Shown here: positions 9,932 to 20,230 of the stretch, piece by piece
Numbering within the stretch: position 1 is the first letter of the stretch
How the letters are laid out: each line of letters opens with the position of its first letter
Assembly: GCA_963796455.1 (NCBI GenBank)
Contig: CAWCLO010000004.1
Location: 576,001-640,000, forward strand
Length of the DNA: 64,000 bases
Direction of reading: 5' to 3'
Origin: Candidatus Sulfomarinibacteraceae bacterium
Lineage (GTDB): Bacteria > Acidobacteriota > Thermoanaerobaculia > Thermoanaerobaculales > Sulfomarinibacteraceae
Translations under genes and position numbers: made by a program
Notes under the pieces: model-generated
What the model was told of the DNA's origin: nothing
Database searches by the model: none
Seen by the model: only the letters and a program-made list of their open reading frames with translations

Positions 9932-10219
9932 ATGAAATACATGATCTACTGGCGTATCCAGGAGGACAAAAGGCACGATGCTCTGAAGGGATTTTCCGCG
10001 ATGAATTCGGCCGATGACGAGCCCGGTCTCAGTGCTCTCAACTTCATCGGCCGCTGGCACGACGTGGTCGGCTTCACCGGGGTCGCCATTGTCGAGACCG
10101 ACGATCCCAAGGCCCTCGGTAGGTGGTTGCTGAACTGGAATCACATCTGCAACATCGAGGCCACCCCGGTGCTCGACGACAATGAGACCAGAGAACTCGG
10201 GCGTGAATTTCTGAGCTAG
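9932..10219 (+). CDS. DUF3303-family small protein, paralog 1
   Basis: MKYMIxW...IGRWHD...GVAIVETDDP...W...PVLDD. Confidence 0.8.
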   Translation: MKYMIYWRIQEDKRHDALKGFSAMNSADDEPGLSALNFIGRWHDVVGFTGVAIVETDDPKALGRWLLNWNHICNIEATPVLDDNETRELGREFLS

Positions 10220-10322
10220 TCGCGGCGATCTGCGACCAACCAGGGTGACGCCGTCCGCTTTCCGGCCGCTCTCGAACGAGGGTGCCCTGGATACCGCGAG
10301 AAAGCGAGAAAGAATGATTCAA

Positions 10323-11099
10323 ATGGTAGATTCAGCATCGTTTGACCTGGGGGGTCGTGTCGCCATCGTCACCGGAGGGAATGGCGGTATCGGCCGCGGC
10401 ATTGCCCTCGGTTTTGCAAAGGCCGGTGCCGCGGTGGCTGTTTTCGGTCGCAACGAGGAAAAAAACGCGACGACGCTCGCGGAGCTGAAGGAGGCCGGTG
10501 CGCGGGCGGTCGAGGTCAAGGTCGACCTGACCGAGCGCGGCGCGCTCGAACCGGCCGTGCGCCGGGTGGAGAACGAACTCGGCCCGGTCGATATTCTGGT
10601 CAACAACGCGGGTATCGTCTCGCTCAGTGGGGGTATTCTGCAGGAGACTTCCGAATCCTGGGACGAGGTGATCGAGACCCAGTTGAACTCGGTCTTTCTG
10701 CTCTCGAAGGTCGTCGCCGCGTCGATGGCAGAACGCCAACACGGCAAGATCATCAACGTCGGAAGCATGTACTCGTACTTCGGTTCAGGGCTGATTCCCT
10801 CCTACTGCGCCGCCAAGGGCGCGATCGTGCAATTGACCAAGTCGATGGCGATCGAGCTTGCACCGCACGGCATCCAGGTCAACGCCATCGCGCCCGGATG
10901 GTTCGAGACCGATATGACAGCCCCGGTCCGGTCGGAGGAGATGAAGGCGATGAACGACGAGATCCTTTTGCGCACCCCCGCGGCGCGCTGGGGTCAGCCC
11001 GAAGAGTGTGCCGGGCCGGCGATTTTCCTCGCCTCCGAGGCCTCGGACTTCGTCACCGGAGAGACGATTCGAGTCGACGGAGGTTATGCGATCCGCTGA
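10323..11099 (+). CDS. SDR-family oxidoreductase (KduD/gluconate dehydrogenase-like)
   Basis: TGGNGGIG, NNAG, YCAAK, VNAIAPG, VDGG. Confidence 0.93.
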   Translation: MVDSASFDLGGRVAIVTGGNGGIGRGIALGFAKAGAAVAVFGRNEEKNATTLAELKEAGARAVEVKVDLTERGALEPAVRRVENELGPVDILVNNAGIVSLSGGILQETSESWDEVIETQLNSVFLLSKVVAASMAERQHGKIINVGSMYSYFGSGLIPSYCAAKGAIVQLTKSMAIELAPHGIQVNAIAPGWFETDMTAPVRSEEMKAMNDEILLRTPAARWGQPEECAGPAIFLASEASDFVTGETIRVDGGYAIR

Positions 11100-11166
11100 A
11101 TTCAGCGATCTCGAGCGTGTCGTGGCCGAGGATATTGAGAAGTGGGTTGTCGCGCGAGTCGTGGTT

Positions 11167-11643
11167 TCAGTCCACTTTCCGTAACGCATTGAATGCACTG
11201 GTGATCAGCAGGTAAGAAGCAAACCACAAAGGAATCATCACCAGTGTCGTCATGGTGTTCATGTTTTCAGCGTCCTCGAGCATGATTGCGGCGGCGATCA
11301 GTGCGGCGGCCCACAGGATGGCGTGACCGAGGATCAGACGATTGGCCTGTTTTCGCAGTGTCGGATCGGTGATCGTGCCTGTGCCGGAGAGCTTGCGGTC
11401 GAGTTCGCACAGGCGTGAAATAAACGAGCGGTTCTTCGAATATTCGGTCATCAGCATCTTGGTTTCTCCCATTCGTTCGGTGGCGGTTGCAAAGGCCTGC
11501 TCTTCGCTCAATCCGGTGGCTTGAAGCCCTTCGATCTCGCTCAGCAGATGGTCTTCGAGTTCGGCGAGGTTTTCATTCTGGGCGCTGTCGGCGGGTACGA
11601 TGGCGGCGCACCACGCGCGCACCTCCTGATCAAGCTGAAACAT
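11167..11643 (-). CDS. Permease-prefix-domain membrane protein
   Basis: ELEDHL...GLSEEQAF...ERMG plus two C-terminal TM helices; coupled to PadR. Confidence 0.8.
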   Translation of the reverse strand: MFQLDQEVRAWCAAIVPADSAQNENLAELEDHLLSEIEGLQATGLSEEQAFATATERMGETKMLMTEYSKNRSFISRLCELDRKLSGTGTITDPTLRKQANRLILGHAILWAAALIAAAIMLEDAENMNTMTTLVMIPLWFASYLLITSAFNALRKVD

Positions 11644-11971
11644 TGTCTTCTCCTTCGAGCTTTTCGAGCATGGCGTGAATGTCGTGCCAATGCTTGCGTT
11701 GCAAATCGAGTTCCGTCCGTCCGTTGGCGCTGAGCTGGTAGTACTTGCGGCGGCGTCCGTTGTCGGCCTTGCCCCAGTGCGAACGCACCAGGCCCTTCTT
11801 CTCCAGGCGGTGGAGAATGGGGTAGAGCATGCCTTCGGCCCATTCCATCTCGCCGCCCGAGATCTCCCGGACCTGCTGGATGATGGCGTAACCGTAACTG
11901 TCGCCGTGGCTGAGGATCGACAACACCAACGGCGTGGCCGAGGCGGCGACCAGGTCCTTGTTGAGCGTCAT
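11630..11971 (-). CDS. PadR-family transcriptional regulator
   Basis: SYGYAI, EGMLYPILHRLE, RRRKYYQLS. Confidence 0.95.
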   Translation of the reverse strand: MTLNKDLVAASATPLVLSILSHGDSYGYAIIQQVREISGGEMEWAEGMLYPILHRLEKKGLVRSHWGKADNGRRRKYYQLSANGRTELDLQRKHWHDIHAMLEKLEGEDNVSA

Positions 11972-12000
11972 TCGAACGATTTCCTCATGGGCTTTCTCCT

Positions 12001-12050
12001 ATACCTAGGAATTCTAGGGTTAGTATGCATAGATATTCTAGGTATGTCAA
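12001..12050 (-). promoter_or_regulatory. sigma70 promoter overlapped by two palindromic putative PadR operators
   Basis: Minus strand TTGACA(12050-12045)-N17-CATACT; ATACCTAG-N5-CTAGGGTT (12001-12021) and ATGCATAG-N5-CTAGGTAT (12025-12045). Confidence 0.75.
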
Positions 12051-12467
12051 GGAGCGCTGTTTTCGGGCGTTCGGCTCGAAGCGGGTTTTTGGTCCCGATA
12101 GGATCGCTTCATAGGCGGCGAAAGGGCCGCGTAAACATTTGTTGATTTGTACAGGTTGGTGTCACGGGTCGACAATTGCGTGAATTTGGACGTGCCACCC
12201 GTCCGCACGCCACGGAATGTGCAACTTTTTTCGTGGCATCTATGACTTGATTGCCCATGTGACCGAGGAAGTCCTAGGGCTCTGCTGTCAGACACTGTCG
12301 CGTTTCTTAGGCGATAATCTGAAACCAAGAATCATTAACGATTAAGTTTCTGCAATACACATTTATTAAAAGTGTACATTTCTGAGACCGAAGATTGGCA
12401 CTGTGTTAAGATCTTGCCGCAAACCCGCGTTGAGTGTGAGGAGTCGAGAACCGAGGATGGCCGGGAT

Positions 12468-13381
12468 ATGCATCGGTTTCTAAGAAATGCCGATTGCAGA
12501 TCTGGGAGGCGAGCGGCAGTTCGTTTGACCTTCCTTGTCCTGTGGACTGTGCTGCCGGGGTGCAGCACGACCACGGTAAAGGGAGCAATCGATCCATCCT
12601 GCGGACCCCAAGATATTTCTCAAGTCGTGATGGAGACGGCGCAGGGTCGGATCGTTTTCGAGCTGCTCCCGTCAGCCGCGCCGCGAGCGGTCGATCAGAT
12701 CATTCGTCTTGTCAACGGCCCGTTTATTCGCCATGAAATCACCGGTGATCAAGAAAGAACCGATTTCGCTGGCTACTACGACGGCCTCGTTTTCGATCTG
12801 GCATTTCCGCACAATAGCCTGGCGACCTCGGTGCGTCCTCCACCCGACCTGATCCTCATCCCGACCATGATCGACGCATCGGCGGTCGGGCTTGATGAAC
12901 GAAGAATCCTCACAGCCAACGAAGCCAACAAACTTTGGCAATTCGAACTTTTCCCGTTCCAGGCTGGTTTCGCATCGGATGACGAAATGCATCCGCGGAT
13001 GCGGGAATGGCTCAATCGTTGGGGTGAAACCCAAAGCTCTGATTTCTTGATCGGAGTGTCTCAGCAGGAGATCAACGAGGCGCTCGGATACAAATACGTG
13101 CGGGGGTTGGAATCGCGAAAAAACACCCGCGGCGCCGTCGCCCTCGAGCCATTCGATGCTACCCGAGATCGACCCCGCGGTTGGTGATCCTACTGGCCGA
13201 TGCACCGCACTTCGACGGTCGGCGGATGGTCGTAGGGAGCGTGGTCTTCGGACTGGAGCATTGCGGACGCCATATCGTCGCGCCGCTGATCCCCGCCAAA
13301 GCCGTCAAAAACCGGCCGGTGGTGCCGGTGCAGATTCGACGAATGCCGGCATCGAATGCCGGTCACCGAGTGATCCGATAG
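12468..13381 (+). pseudogene. Cyclophilin-type peptidyl-prolyl isomerase lipoprotein, frameshifted (pseudogene or assembly error)
   Basis: LPGC lipobox, METAQGRIVFEL...AP...YYDGLVF, RGAVAL; continues in another frame near 13170 as ILLADAPHFDGRRMVVGSV. Confidence 0.7.
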
Positions 13382-13402
13382 ACGGATCGAAGGGAGCCCG
13401 TG

Positions 13403-15080
13403 ATGTCGAAAAGGAATCAGGTGCTGTTCTGCCTCGCCACCATCTACGGCAATGGCGGTATGCCTCCAGCTGTACGCCACCGAGAAGCCGCCGGTGGAGT
13501 CCGGTCCCAAGGGACCACATGACCCTGAATGGTTCGGAGGCGGGCAACGACACGCCGGTGGAATTGTATGGATTGTGCCCGTGGTCGTCACGATGTCCGA
13601 GGTGCCTGAAACTCCTGTTCCGGCCAAGTCCGCCAATGATCTCAGGGTTCATTTCCAGGGTGAGTTCCAGCAGCACCAGGCAACGCGATCGCGGCGGTCG
13701 GCGATCTCGAGTACGGAGCGTGGCGAGGCCACGGTGATGATCGATCTCGAATCCCCGGCTCCGAGCGTCGGCGAGTCCAAACGCTCCAGGCGCGGGAGTG
13801 GTCGCTTTCGATGGGGCGCCTGCTACCGGTTGGATCCCTCCGGACACGGTGATGGCTGTCGGTGAGGAATATATCGTCGAGGCCGTCAACTCGGGTTTTC
13901 AGGTCTTTACCAAGACCGGCCTCCAGACCCGCGCCTACACTGATTTCTCGTCCTTCGTCAATCTGCCGACACCGTGGAACGGTTTCTGCTTTGATCCGCG
14001 CGTCGTCTACGATCCCTGGCAAGACCGGTTCGTGATGTTGATCCTGGGCCTCGACAACACCAATCTGAAATCCTATTTCTGGATCATGGTGTCGCAGACA
14101 TCGAATCCCAACGGCGATTGGTTTCTCGTATCGCTTCGATTCCACCACGGGGGACCCCGGCTCGGAGCAGTGGCTCGATTTTGCGAGCCTCGGGTCGGAT
14201 CCGTGGGGAGTGTATGTGGTCGGCAACTCGTTCCCATTTGCGCGGAGGCCAGAGGATTTCAGCAGAGCCGCCTGTGGACGATCAGCCGCGAGGTCATGAG
14301 CGGCGGGACGGCCGCCTTCATCTTCATGAACGATCTGCGGGTGGCCGAACGGCGATCTCGCCTTCGGTGTGCAAGTGGCCCAGGCCCAGAAAGCCAGAGT
14401 GCGTTGGAGGCGACATTCTTCATCAACAGCTATTCAGCGTCCGGCACCGAGGTCTGTCTGTGGCAGCTCACCGGGGATCGCTTTTCGGGGCAGGGGATGG
14501 GTGCCACCACGCTAAACCGCTCCGCCATCGCCGGCTCGTACCTACTTCGGCATCTTTCACAACGTGGACCAGCCGGGCAGCGATTGGGACATCGATGGCG
14601 GCGATGCCAGAATCCAGAACGCGGTCTATGCCCAAGGAAAGGTTTACACCACCTTCGCCCTCGATTGGGATGGCAGTCAGAGCTACAGCGAGGTTTATGT
14701 GGCGGCCTTCAACACCGGCGACGGAAGCAAGGCGTGGGATCATTCGACTCTGGAAAGCCAGGACTATTTCATGTTCTATCCGGCGTTGGCGGTGGAGGGC
14801 GGAGAGGAGCACCCAAATTGGATGGTGGCCATGAGCATGACAGTGCCCTCAGACCCGCTCGGGTATGCCGGAACGGTTGGGGTCACCCACGATCCGGGCC
14901 ACCAATAGTGGCAGCTTCGGTGTGGGACCGCCAGGGGCTCGGACCCTACTCGGTATGGGACGGTGGCTCGGAGGGGGTCGGCAAGAAACAGGTGGGGCGA
15001 CTACAGCATGGCGGTGTACGACTGGACCTGCAAAAACGCATGGGGTGCGGCCGAGTACGCCGACCGCCTCCAATTCGTAT
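13403..15080 (+). pseudogene. Large secreted protein with multiple frameshifts, apparently 3'-truncated
   Basis: Signal peptide; pieces PPDTVMAVG...VN, FDPRVVYD...RF, FYPALAV, NRWGDYS, AEYA spread over three frames. Confidence 0.65.
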
Positions 15081-15252
15081 GCAGCCGGAACGCCTGGCGC
15101 CGTCGCCGACCGTGCAGTGGACGCCCCGCGATGGTCGCCGCAATCTGCGGCACTCGGAGGACCACTCGATTCACGGTCGCGGCCGATACCCGAACGAATC
15201 ACGCCTTGGAAATCCCGTTCGCCTCGGCTAATCTTACGAAATGGAATTCAAA

Positions 15253-15540
15253 ATGAAATATATGATTCAGTGGCGTGTACACGAGGACAAGAGGCACGAG
15301 GCTCTGAGCGCGTTTTCCGAAATGACCTCCGCCGACGACGAACCGGGCCTCAGCGACCTCAATCTGATCGGCCGCTGGCATGACGTGATCGGATTGACGG
15401 GTGTCGCAATTGTGGAGACCGACGATCCCAAGGCCTTGTCGATGTGGTTGCTGAACTGGAACAAATTCATCGACATCGAGGCCATCCCGGTGTTCGACGA
15501 TGAGGAGACCAAAGCCCTCTGGCGCGAATACGAGGGTTAG
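15253..15540 (+). CDS. DUF3303-family small protein, paralog 2
   Basis: Colinear with and highly similar to 9932-10219. Confidence 0.8.
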   Translation: MKYMIQWRVHEDKRHEALSAFSEMTSADDEPGLSDLNLIGRWHDVIGLTGVAIVETDDPKALSMWLLNWNKFIDIEAIPVFDDEETKALWREYEG

Positions 15541-15687
15541 TCGAATAGACGCTACATTCATCCTATGGAGAATCGAAGGGGCGGGGTAGATCCCCGCCGC
15601 GGCTGTCTCAACTCGAGAAGGACCTTCTACCAGGCCAGGGATGCACGACCGATTGAGAATTGAAACCGTGGCTTCCGAACCAGTTCG

Positions 15688-18612
15688 CTACGGAGGTCCG
15701 AAGTAGCGGTCCAGCCAGTCGAGGCTTTCCCGAATTTGCTCGTCCCGCCAGCTCGCGGTCGAGTGTCCCGCCGGGAAGGTGGCATGCCGCTTGTCGGCCT
15801 TGGCGGTGCCGAGAGCACGGAAGAGCGGCAGCTGCGAGGTCTCATAGGTGAAGATCGGGTCGTGGCGGCCGTTGAGCATTAAAACAGGCGCCGTCACCCG
15901 CGGCGCGTGATGAAGCGGATCGACCTCTGGCGGCATCCCGTCCGGGCCCATCTGCACGACCAAAAATCCTCCAACGACGATCAGGCCTGTTTTGAGTCGC
16001 GGTTCCTGAGCCATGAACACCGGCGCCCACACGGCACCGTAGCTGATGCCCTGAAAGCCGATCCGATCGGGGTCGATATCTTCGCGGGTCTCGAGGTAGT
16101 CCAATGAACGCCGCAATTCCGACACCCACTGAACAACGTGTTCGCGGGTGTTGGCGCCCGAATCGTAGAGTGGGTCGAAACCGTCGGACCGTTCGTACGA
16201 GCCCTTCCAAAGCGGCAGCAGGACCGCGCGGCCGCCACGGAGCAGCGGCTCGGCGTTATTCCACCCGAAGATCGACGCTTCGGTTTCGCTGCTGCGTCGG
16301 TAGAAGGTTCCGGCGCCGCCCATCTGCACCACGACCTGATACGGCGGTTCGGTATTCCGCGGCAGATACAGCCAGGCGGTCATCCGTTCGCCGTCGTAAC
16401 CGGCGGCATAGGAGACCTTTTGCTTGGTCCAGAATTCTGCGGTGTCATCGGTGCTTTCAATGAGCGGTTCGAGAGCGACCGGTGCCGCCTCGAAAAACCG
16501 CGAGTAGGCCTCGTAGACTTCGTCGCCCACCGGCCTCTCGACACTGAAATCCCGCGTGCGCGAAGGCTCGAGGGCTGCGAGGGCCTCAGGAGGCGGCTCT
16601 CTTCCCTCGAGGTAGAGCACACAGCGAAAACCGTTTTCCGGTGAGCGATCGAAGGGAGACAGACGTTCAGGGAGCAGGTAGATGTAGGGTGGGTCTGTCC
16701 ACGCCCCACCGAGGGCGACCCGGTTCGAAGCCACCGCGTTGGCGCCCCACTCGCGTACGTTGCCCGCCATGTCGTGGGCGCCGTACGAGCCGGTCACGCA
16801 GCTGTCGCCGGCGGCCCGTGGTCCCGTGCCGGCGTAATTGCTGTCGGACAGATAAAACCCGGGCAACAGTTGCAGGTCGCCGGCCGTGTCGGCGAAGTAC
16901 CAGTGGTAGATCGTCGGCAGGCTCTTGCCGGCAGACTCCGCAAAGGCGGCGGCCTCGTACCAGCTCACCCCAGTCACCGGCAGCTCACCTTCCCCATCCG
17001 GAAAGCTGCCCACCCGCCATCCCGCCGGGCCGGGCCGGCCGGTCAAATCGCGGAATCGCTCCATCGCATCGGCAAAGGACAGCGTCTCCTCCCCGTCAAG
17101 AAAGGGGTGCCTCCAGAACTCCTCCCGCTCGTAACCACCGGCCTCCACGAACTCGGCATAGGCGCGGTTGGTGACCTCGTGGCGATCGATCAAATATGGG
17201 CCGATTTCGACCTTGGGCTTCGGCATCACTCGGCCCATGATCCACAGCCCGACCTCGCCACCCGGGACCCGCACCATGTCCAGATCGCGGTCGGTCTCGG
17301 GCAGCAACACGAAGGGCTCGTCGGGTCCGTAGATCGAGACGAATTCGGATTCGACGTAGCCCTCATGCTCGACGCGCCAATGCATCGGGCCCCGCGGTAT
17401 GCGAATGTCTGAAAGCGGCGTTGTCCCGAGCGCACGGGCTTCGATATCGGCTCCGAACGGGGTCACCGAGACCGAAGCGTGCGATGGCTCAGAGGCGACC
17501 GATACGGTTTTTGCGATCGTTCCCCACATCTCGTCAGAAACCGTGCCTTCTCCGGCAACGCGCTCGACCTCAGTCGCCAGTTCGAAGGCCTCGACGTACT
17601 TCCGGTCCTGGGCGAGCTGTGACAGGCGGGGCAGAGCTTCGGCCTGCATCGCCAGCGTCCGGTTGCGTTCCATCAGCATCCAACCGATGCCGGCGAGCAC
17701 GACCACCAATGCGGCCGCTCCCACCATCAACGGCATTCTCCTGCCAGGACTCGGCTTTGTGGAACTTTCCGCTTGCAGCGTGCGCAGCGCCACGCCCACC
17801 TCGGCCACGTTGGCGGGCCGCAACTCGGGATCCTTCTTCAAACAGCTTTCGATGATGCCCGCGAGCCCGCGCGGGAGCCCCGAGCGGTGTTCGGCCACCG
17901 GGGCCGGTTCGTCGCGGAGGATCGCCGACATCACCGACCCCGTGCTTGGGCCCGCGAAGGGCCGCGAGCCGGTAGCCATCTCGTACAGGATGATACCCAG
18001 CGAGAAGATGTCCGTGCGGTGGTCCACCGCCCGGGCCTCGATCTGCTCGGGCGACATGTATGGAGCGGTGCCGAGGATGGCGCCGTGACCGGTAAGAGCC
18101 GACGCGGTGGCGAGCTCCGACGAGTCGTCGCCCGAATCCGGCTCCACCAGCTTTGCGAGCCCGAAGTCCAGCACCTTGACCAGCCCGTCGTCCGAAACCA
18201 TCACGTTGCCGGGCTTCAGGTCACGGTGCACGATCCCTTTCCCGTGGGCCGCCGCCAGCGCATCGGTAATCTGCGTGGCCACCCCCAAAAGGCTCTCCAT
18301 CTCCATCCCACCCTCGGGGATGACCTCAGTGAGCGTCCGCCCGTCCACCATCTCCATGGTGAGGAAATGAACGCCGTCACTCTCCTCCACCGAATGAATG
18401 GTGACAATATTCGGGTGGTTGAGTGCCGCCACCACCCGCGCCTCGCGACCGAATCTCTCCAGTCGTTCACTGTTGCCGGAGACGTTGTCCGGTAAGACCT
18501 TGATGGCAATTTCACGGCCGAGCTTCGAATCCTCGGCTCGGTACACCTCTCCCATCCCGCCTTCTCCGAGCTTGGCAGTCACCCTGTAGTGGTGAAGGTT
18601 CATACCGATCAT
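15688..18612 (-). CDS. Ser/Thr protein kinase fused to TM, FGE-sulfatase-like and alpha/beta-hydrolase domains
   Basis: GEGGMGEV, HRDLKPGN, DFG, YMSPEQ; EVTN...VSWYEA...DMAGNVREW...GFRC; GISYG...NGRHD...GH. Confidence 0.92.
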   Translation of the reverse strand: MIGMNLHHYRVTAKLGEGGMGEVYRAEDSKLGREIAIKVLPDNVSGNSERLERFGREARVVAALNHPNIVTIHSVEESDGVHFLTMEMVDGRTLTEVIPEGGMEMESLLGVATQITDALAAAHGKGIVHRDLKPGNVMVSDDGLVKVLDFGLAKLVEPDSGDDSSELATASALTGHGAILGTAPYMSPEQIEARAVDHRTDIFSLGIILYEMATGSRPFAGPSTGSVMSAILRDEPAPVAEHRSGLPRGLAGIIESCLKKDPELRPANVAEVGVALRTLQAESSTKPSPGRRMPLMVGAAALVVVLAGIGWMLMERNRTLAMQAEALPRLSQLAQDRKYVEAFELATEVERVAGEGTVSDEMWGTIAKTVSVASEPSHASVSVTPFGADIEARALGTTPLSDIRIPRGPMHWRVEHEGYVESEFVSIYGPDEPFVLLPETDRDLDMVRVPGGEVGLWIMGRVMPKPKVEIGPYLIDRHEVTNRAYAEFVEAGGYEREEFWRHPFLDGEETLSFADAMERFRDLTGRPGPAGWRVGSFPDGEGELPVTGVSWYEAAAFAESAGKSLPTIYHWYFADTAGDLQLLPGFYLSDSNYAGTGPRAAGDSCVTGSYGAHDMAGNVREWGANAVASNRVALGGAWTDPPYIYLLPERLSPFDRSPENGFRCVLYLEGREPPPEALAALEPSRTRDFSVERPVGDEVYEAYSRFFEAAPVALEPLIESTDDTAEFWTKQKVSYAAGYDGERMTAWLYLPRNTEPPYQVVVQMGGAGTFYRRSSETEASIFGWNNAEPLLRGGRAVLLPLWKGSYERSDGFDPLYDSGANTREHVVQWVSELRRSLDYLETREDIDPDRIGFQGISYGAVWAPVFMAQEPRLKTGLIVVGGFLVVQMGPDGMPPEVDPLHHAPRVTAPVLMLNGRHDPIFTYETSQLPLFRALGTAKADKRHATFPAGHSTASWRDEQIRESLDWLDRYFGPP

Positions 18613-18689
18613 GATTCTCATGTGCTGGTCACCGGATTGTAGAACAGATTCGCCGGGTGGTGGAGGCTGAGGCGCCGATACCCTGAATC

Positions 18690-19277
18690 TTACTCTGCTA
18701 CGAAAGCCCTCCTGGCCAGGATCTTCGTCCAACGGACATATTGGTTGGTCGACCAGCCACAGTCGATGGTGAGGTTTTCCCAGTTCGGCACCAGGAGCAG
18801 AGTCCACAGAGCATCGGTTGCCTTCGGGCGGGTCCACTCCGGTGCCAACGTTCCATCAGCATGGAGCGCGTCGATCGCTGCACGACAACCATCCCGCATG
18901 GCCACCATGCGATCTTTCCAGGCTGCTGCCGCCGCCTCGTCGCTTCCCTGCGCCAGAAGAAGTGCCTTGCCGACGCCGTAGACGTCCGGAATGTAGTTCC
19001 CCCAGACCTCGATATAAAGGTCCAACCTTTCGATACCGGACTTTGCCGCTCGTGAAGGAGCGAGCCGGCGATCAACGTCCAATTTCGCGTCAAGATATCT
19101 CGTAGCTGCCACGAGGAGTTCGGTGCGTGAAGCGAAGTGCAGGTAGACAGCCTGGCGCGAGATTCCTGCGGCCTTGGCGATGTCGCCCATACGGACGCCC
19201 TGGCCTCCGGACTCCTCGAGCAGTCGAACGGTGGCATCCAGGATTTTGGTGCGGGTTTCGATATTGCGACTTGACAT
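18690..19277 (-). CDS. TetR/AcrR-family regulator
   Basis: N-terminal HTH IAKAAGISRQAVYLHF. Confidence 0.93.
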   Translation of the reverse strand: MSSRNIETRTKILDATVRLLEESGGQGVRMGDIAKAAGISRQAVYLHFASRTELLVAATRYLDAKLDVDRRLAPSRAAKSGIERLDLYIEVWGNYIPDVYGVGKALLLAQGSDEAAAAAWKDRMVAMRDGCRAAIDALHADGTLAPEWTRPKATDALWTLLLVPNWENLTIDCGWSTNQYVRWTKILARRAFVAE

Positions 19278-19328
19278 CGTGTCAAGTTTGCCTTATGTTG
19301 AACACCAAGTCAATTGACACAGTGTCAA
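19269..19328. promoter_or_regulatory. Two palindromic putative TetR operators
   Basis: ACTTGACA-TCG-TGTCAAGT (19269-19287) and TTGACA-CAG-TGTCAA (19314-19328). Confidence 0.8.
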
Positions 19329-19348
19329 GTAGGGGATTGGAGACCACT

Positions 19349-20230
19349 ATGAAAGACCGTTTGAAAAGCACCGCACACAATGATGGAATCACACTCGTTC
19401 TCGGCGGAACCGGAAAGACCGGACGCCGCGTTGCCGAGCGACTCGCCCACCGCGGCATGCCGACGCGCATCGCGTCGCGGTCCGCCGACCCGTCTTTCGA
19501 CTGGGAAGACCAAAGCAATTGGGGCGTCGTGCTCGATGGAGTGGCGGCGGCGTACGTGAACTATGCTCCGGACCTCGCCATACCAGGGGCGACGGACGCC
19601 ATTCGTGCCTTCGTCGAGCGCGCTGTAGATCGGGGCGTGAAGCGTCTGGTTCTTTTGTCCGGTCGGGGTGAAGAAGAGGCGCAGATGTGTGAAGGCATCG
19701 TGCAGGGCGCCGGGGTTGAGTGGACTGTGGTTCGCGCCAGCTGGTTCAACCAGAACTTCTCCGAAGGCGAATTTCTCGACATGGTGCTGGCCGGCGAGAT
19801 CACTCTGCCGGCAGGAGATATCGGCGAGCCCTTTGTCGATGTCGACGACATCGCTGATGTTGTAGTTGCCGGGTTGACCGAAGACGGCCACGATGGTGAG
19901 ATCTACGAGCTCACCGGGCCCCGTCTTCTCACCTTCACCGAGGCGGTGGGGGAGATTGCCGCCGCCTCGGGACGCGATATCAGGTATGTCCAGATCCCGC
20001 GCGAGGCCTTTGCAGCGGGTATCGCCGAGTCCGGTGCGCCGGATGATATTGCGTGGTTGTTGGACTACCTTTTTTCCACCGTCCTTGACGGCCGGAACGC
20101 ACATGTGTGTGATGGAGTCTTTCGAGCGCTGGGTCGCCAGCCCAGGGACTTCACCGAGTTTGCACGTCGGGTCGCCGCAACGGGTGCCTGGAGCACATCG
20201 TCACTCGACCGGATCAAGGTGGCGTCATGA
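19349..20230 (+). CDS. NmrA-like NAD(P)H-binding protein
   Basis: LVLGGTGKTGRRV, VLLSGRGE, RASWFNQNF, FVDVDDIA. Confidence 0.9.
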   Translation: MKDRLKSTAHNDGITLVLGGTGKTGRRVAERLAHRGMPTRIASRSADPSFDWEDQSNWGVVLDGVAAAYVNYAPDLAIPGATDAIRAFVERAVDRGVKRLVLLSGRGEEEAQMCEGIVQGAGVEWTVVRASWFNQNFSEGEFLDMVLAGEITLPAGDIGEPFVDVDDIADVVVAGLTEDGHDGEIYELTGPRLLTFTEAVGEIAAASGRDIRYVQIPREAFAAGIAESGAPDDIAWLLDYLFSTVLDGRNAHVCDGVFRALGRQPRDFTEFARRVAATGAWSTSSLDRIKVAS

